Shown here one piece after another: positions 63,864-64,000 of a DNA stretch of 64,000 nucleotides. The first letter of the stretch is position 1. Each line of letters begins with the position of its first letter. The position numbers were made by a program, and so were the translations under genes. The DNA comes from an uncultured Mollicutes bacterium (GTDB lineage: Bacteria > Bacillota_I > Bacilli_A > RF39 > UBA660). The notes under the pieces were generated by a model. That model had not been told where the DNA came from, did no database searches, and saw only the letters and a list, made by a program, of their open reading frames with translations. The stretch covers positions 542 to 64,541 of the forward strand of contig CANTCS010000004.1 of assembly GCA_947652375.1 (NCBI GenBank), written 5' to 3'.

Positions 63864-64000
63864 ATGTTTTTATTTAAAAAAAATAAGATAAAAAATAATC
63901 AGAAAGATAATATAGATATTTTAATAGAGACTTTATTACTATTATTAGAAAATTTAGGTCTATTCAATTATTTAGAAATACAAAAAAAACTTAATGAGAA
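63864..64000 (+). CDS. 5' end of an unidentified ORF leaving the right edge (partial)
   Basis: ATG 63864 lies 5 nt after GGAGGGGG. Open to the window end (MFLFKKNKIKNNQKDNIDILIETLLLLLENL...). Confidence 0.4.
   Translation, partial: MFLFKKNKIKNNQKDNIDILIETLLLLLENLGLFNYLEIQKKLNE

Noticed and set aside
1-64000. Mollicutes-type genetic code (TGA read as Trp)
   Set aside because: Despite the AT richness and DUF285 protein, all conserved genes are full length under the standard code. TGA terminates genes at sensible points, for example the RR at 17135-17137 with an ATGA overlap, and the YlbL-like gene at 14871-14873.
1-64000. CRISPR arrays, transposases, integrases, prophage or rRNA genes
   Set aside because: I found no regularly spaced direct repeats, no DDE, tyrosine or serine recombinase motifs and no rRNA-like sequence. 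The only repeats are the adhesin-derived and toxin-module repeats described above.

Overview
Very AT-rich chromosomal segment (G+C judged by eye, not computed) from a low-GC Firmicute. Standard genetic code: TGA is used as a stop, e.g. 17135-17137 and 14871-14873. Endospore-lineage markers are present (gpr, spoIIP, ylbJ-like, sirA/yneF synteny) alongside BspA/DUF285-type surface proteins, which suggests an Erysipelotrichia- or Clostridia-like gut organism; this is an inference only. Most genes are on the + strand and are housekeeping: lepA, hemW, tmk, tkt, comEB, uvrC, mutL, miaA, rpsT, a P-type ATPase and plsC paralogues. Five things stand out. (1) A family of LPxTG surface-protein genes has two full copies, one promoterless 3' cassette and one 3' remnant. 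The full copies have conserved promoters whose -35/-10 spacer is filled by a poly-G tract of different length (G12 vs G9), and the sequences are mosaic, implying gene conversion. This looks like a combined phase- and antigenic-variation system. A VbhA/Fic toxin-antitoxin module and a decayed MBL gene sit between direct repeats derived from the adhesin 3' end. (2) A 12-kb NAD salvage/recycling supercluster (pncA, pncB, Nudix, radical SAM, nadE, prs, nadD, pncC, nrtR, nadK) is driven by two almost identical promoters, each overlapped by a 23-bp palindrome. (3) Two unannotated type-I-toxin-like modules each have a 29-30 aa hydrophobic peptide, a sequestered SD, 5'/3' complementarity that covaries between copies, and a convergent antisense RNA with its own promoter and terminator. 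One of them lies next to a tRNA-Arg(CCG). (4) An orphan type IV pilus/competence-like ATPase with a ~180 aa disordered tail is divergent from two large pseudopilin genes. (5) A sigma-70-like protein carries six N-terminal HTH-like repeats. Several genes are frameshifted (pncA 3' end, ABC exporter, GNAT at an A7 run, possibly the radical SAM start at an A8 run). Homopolymer length calls, including the poly-G tracts, therefore need read-level confirmation. No transposase, integrase, CRISPR array or rRNA was seen.
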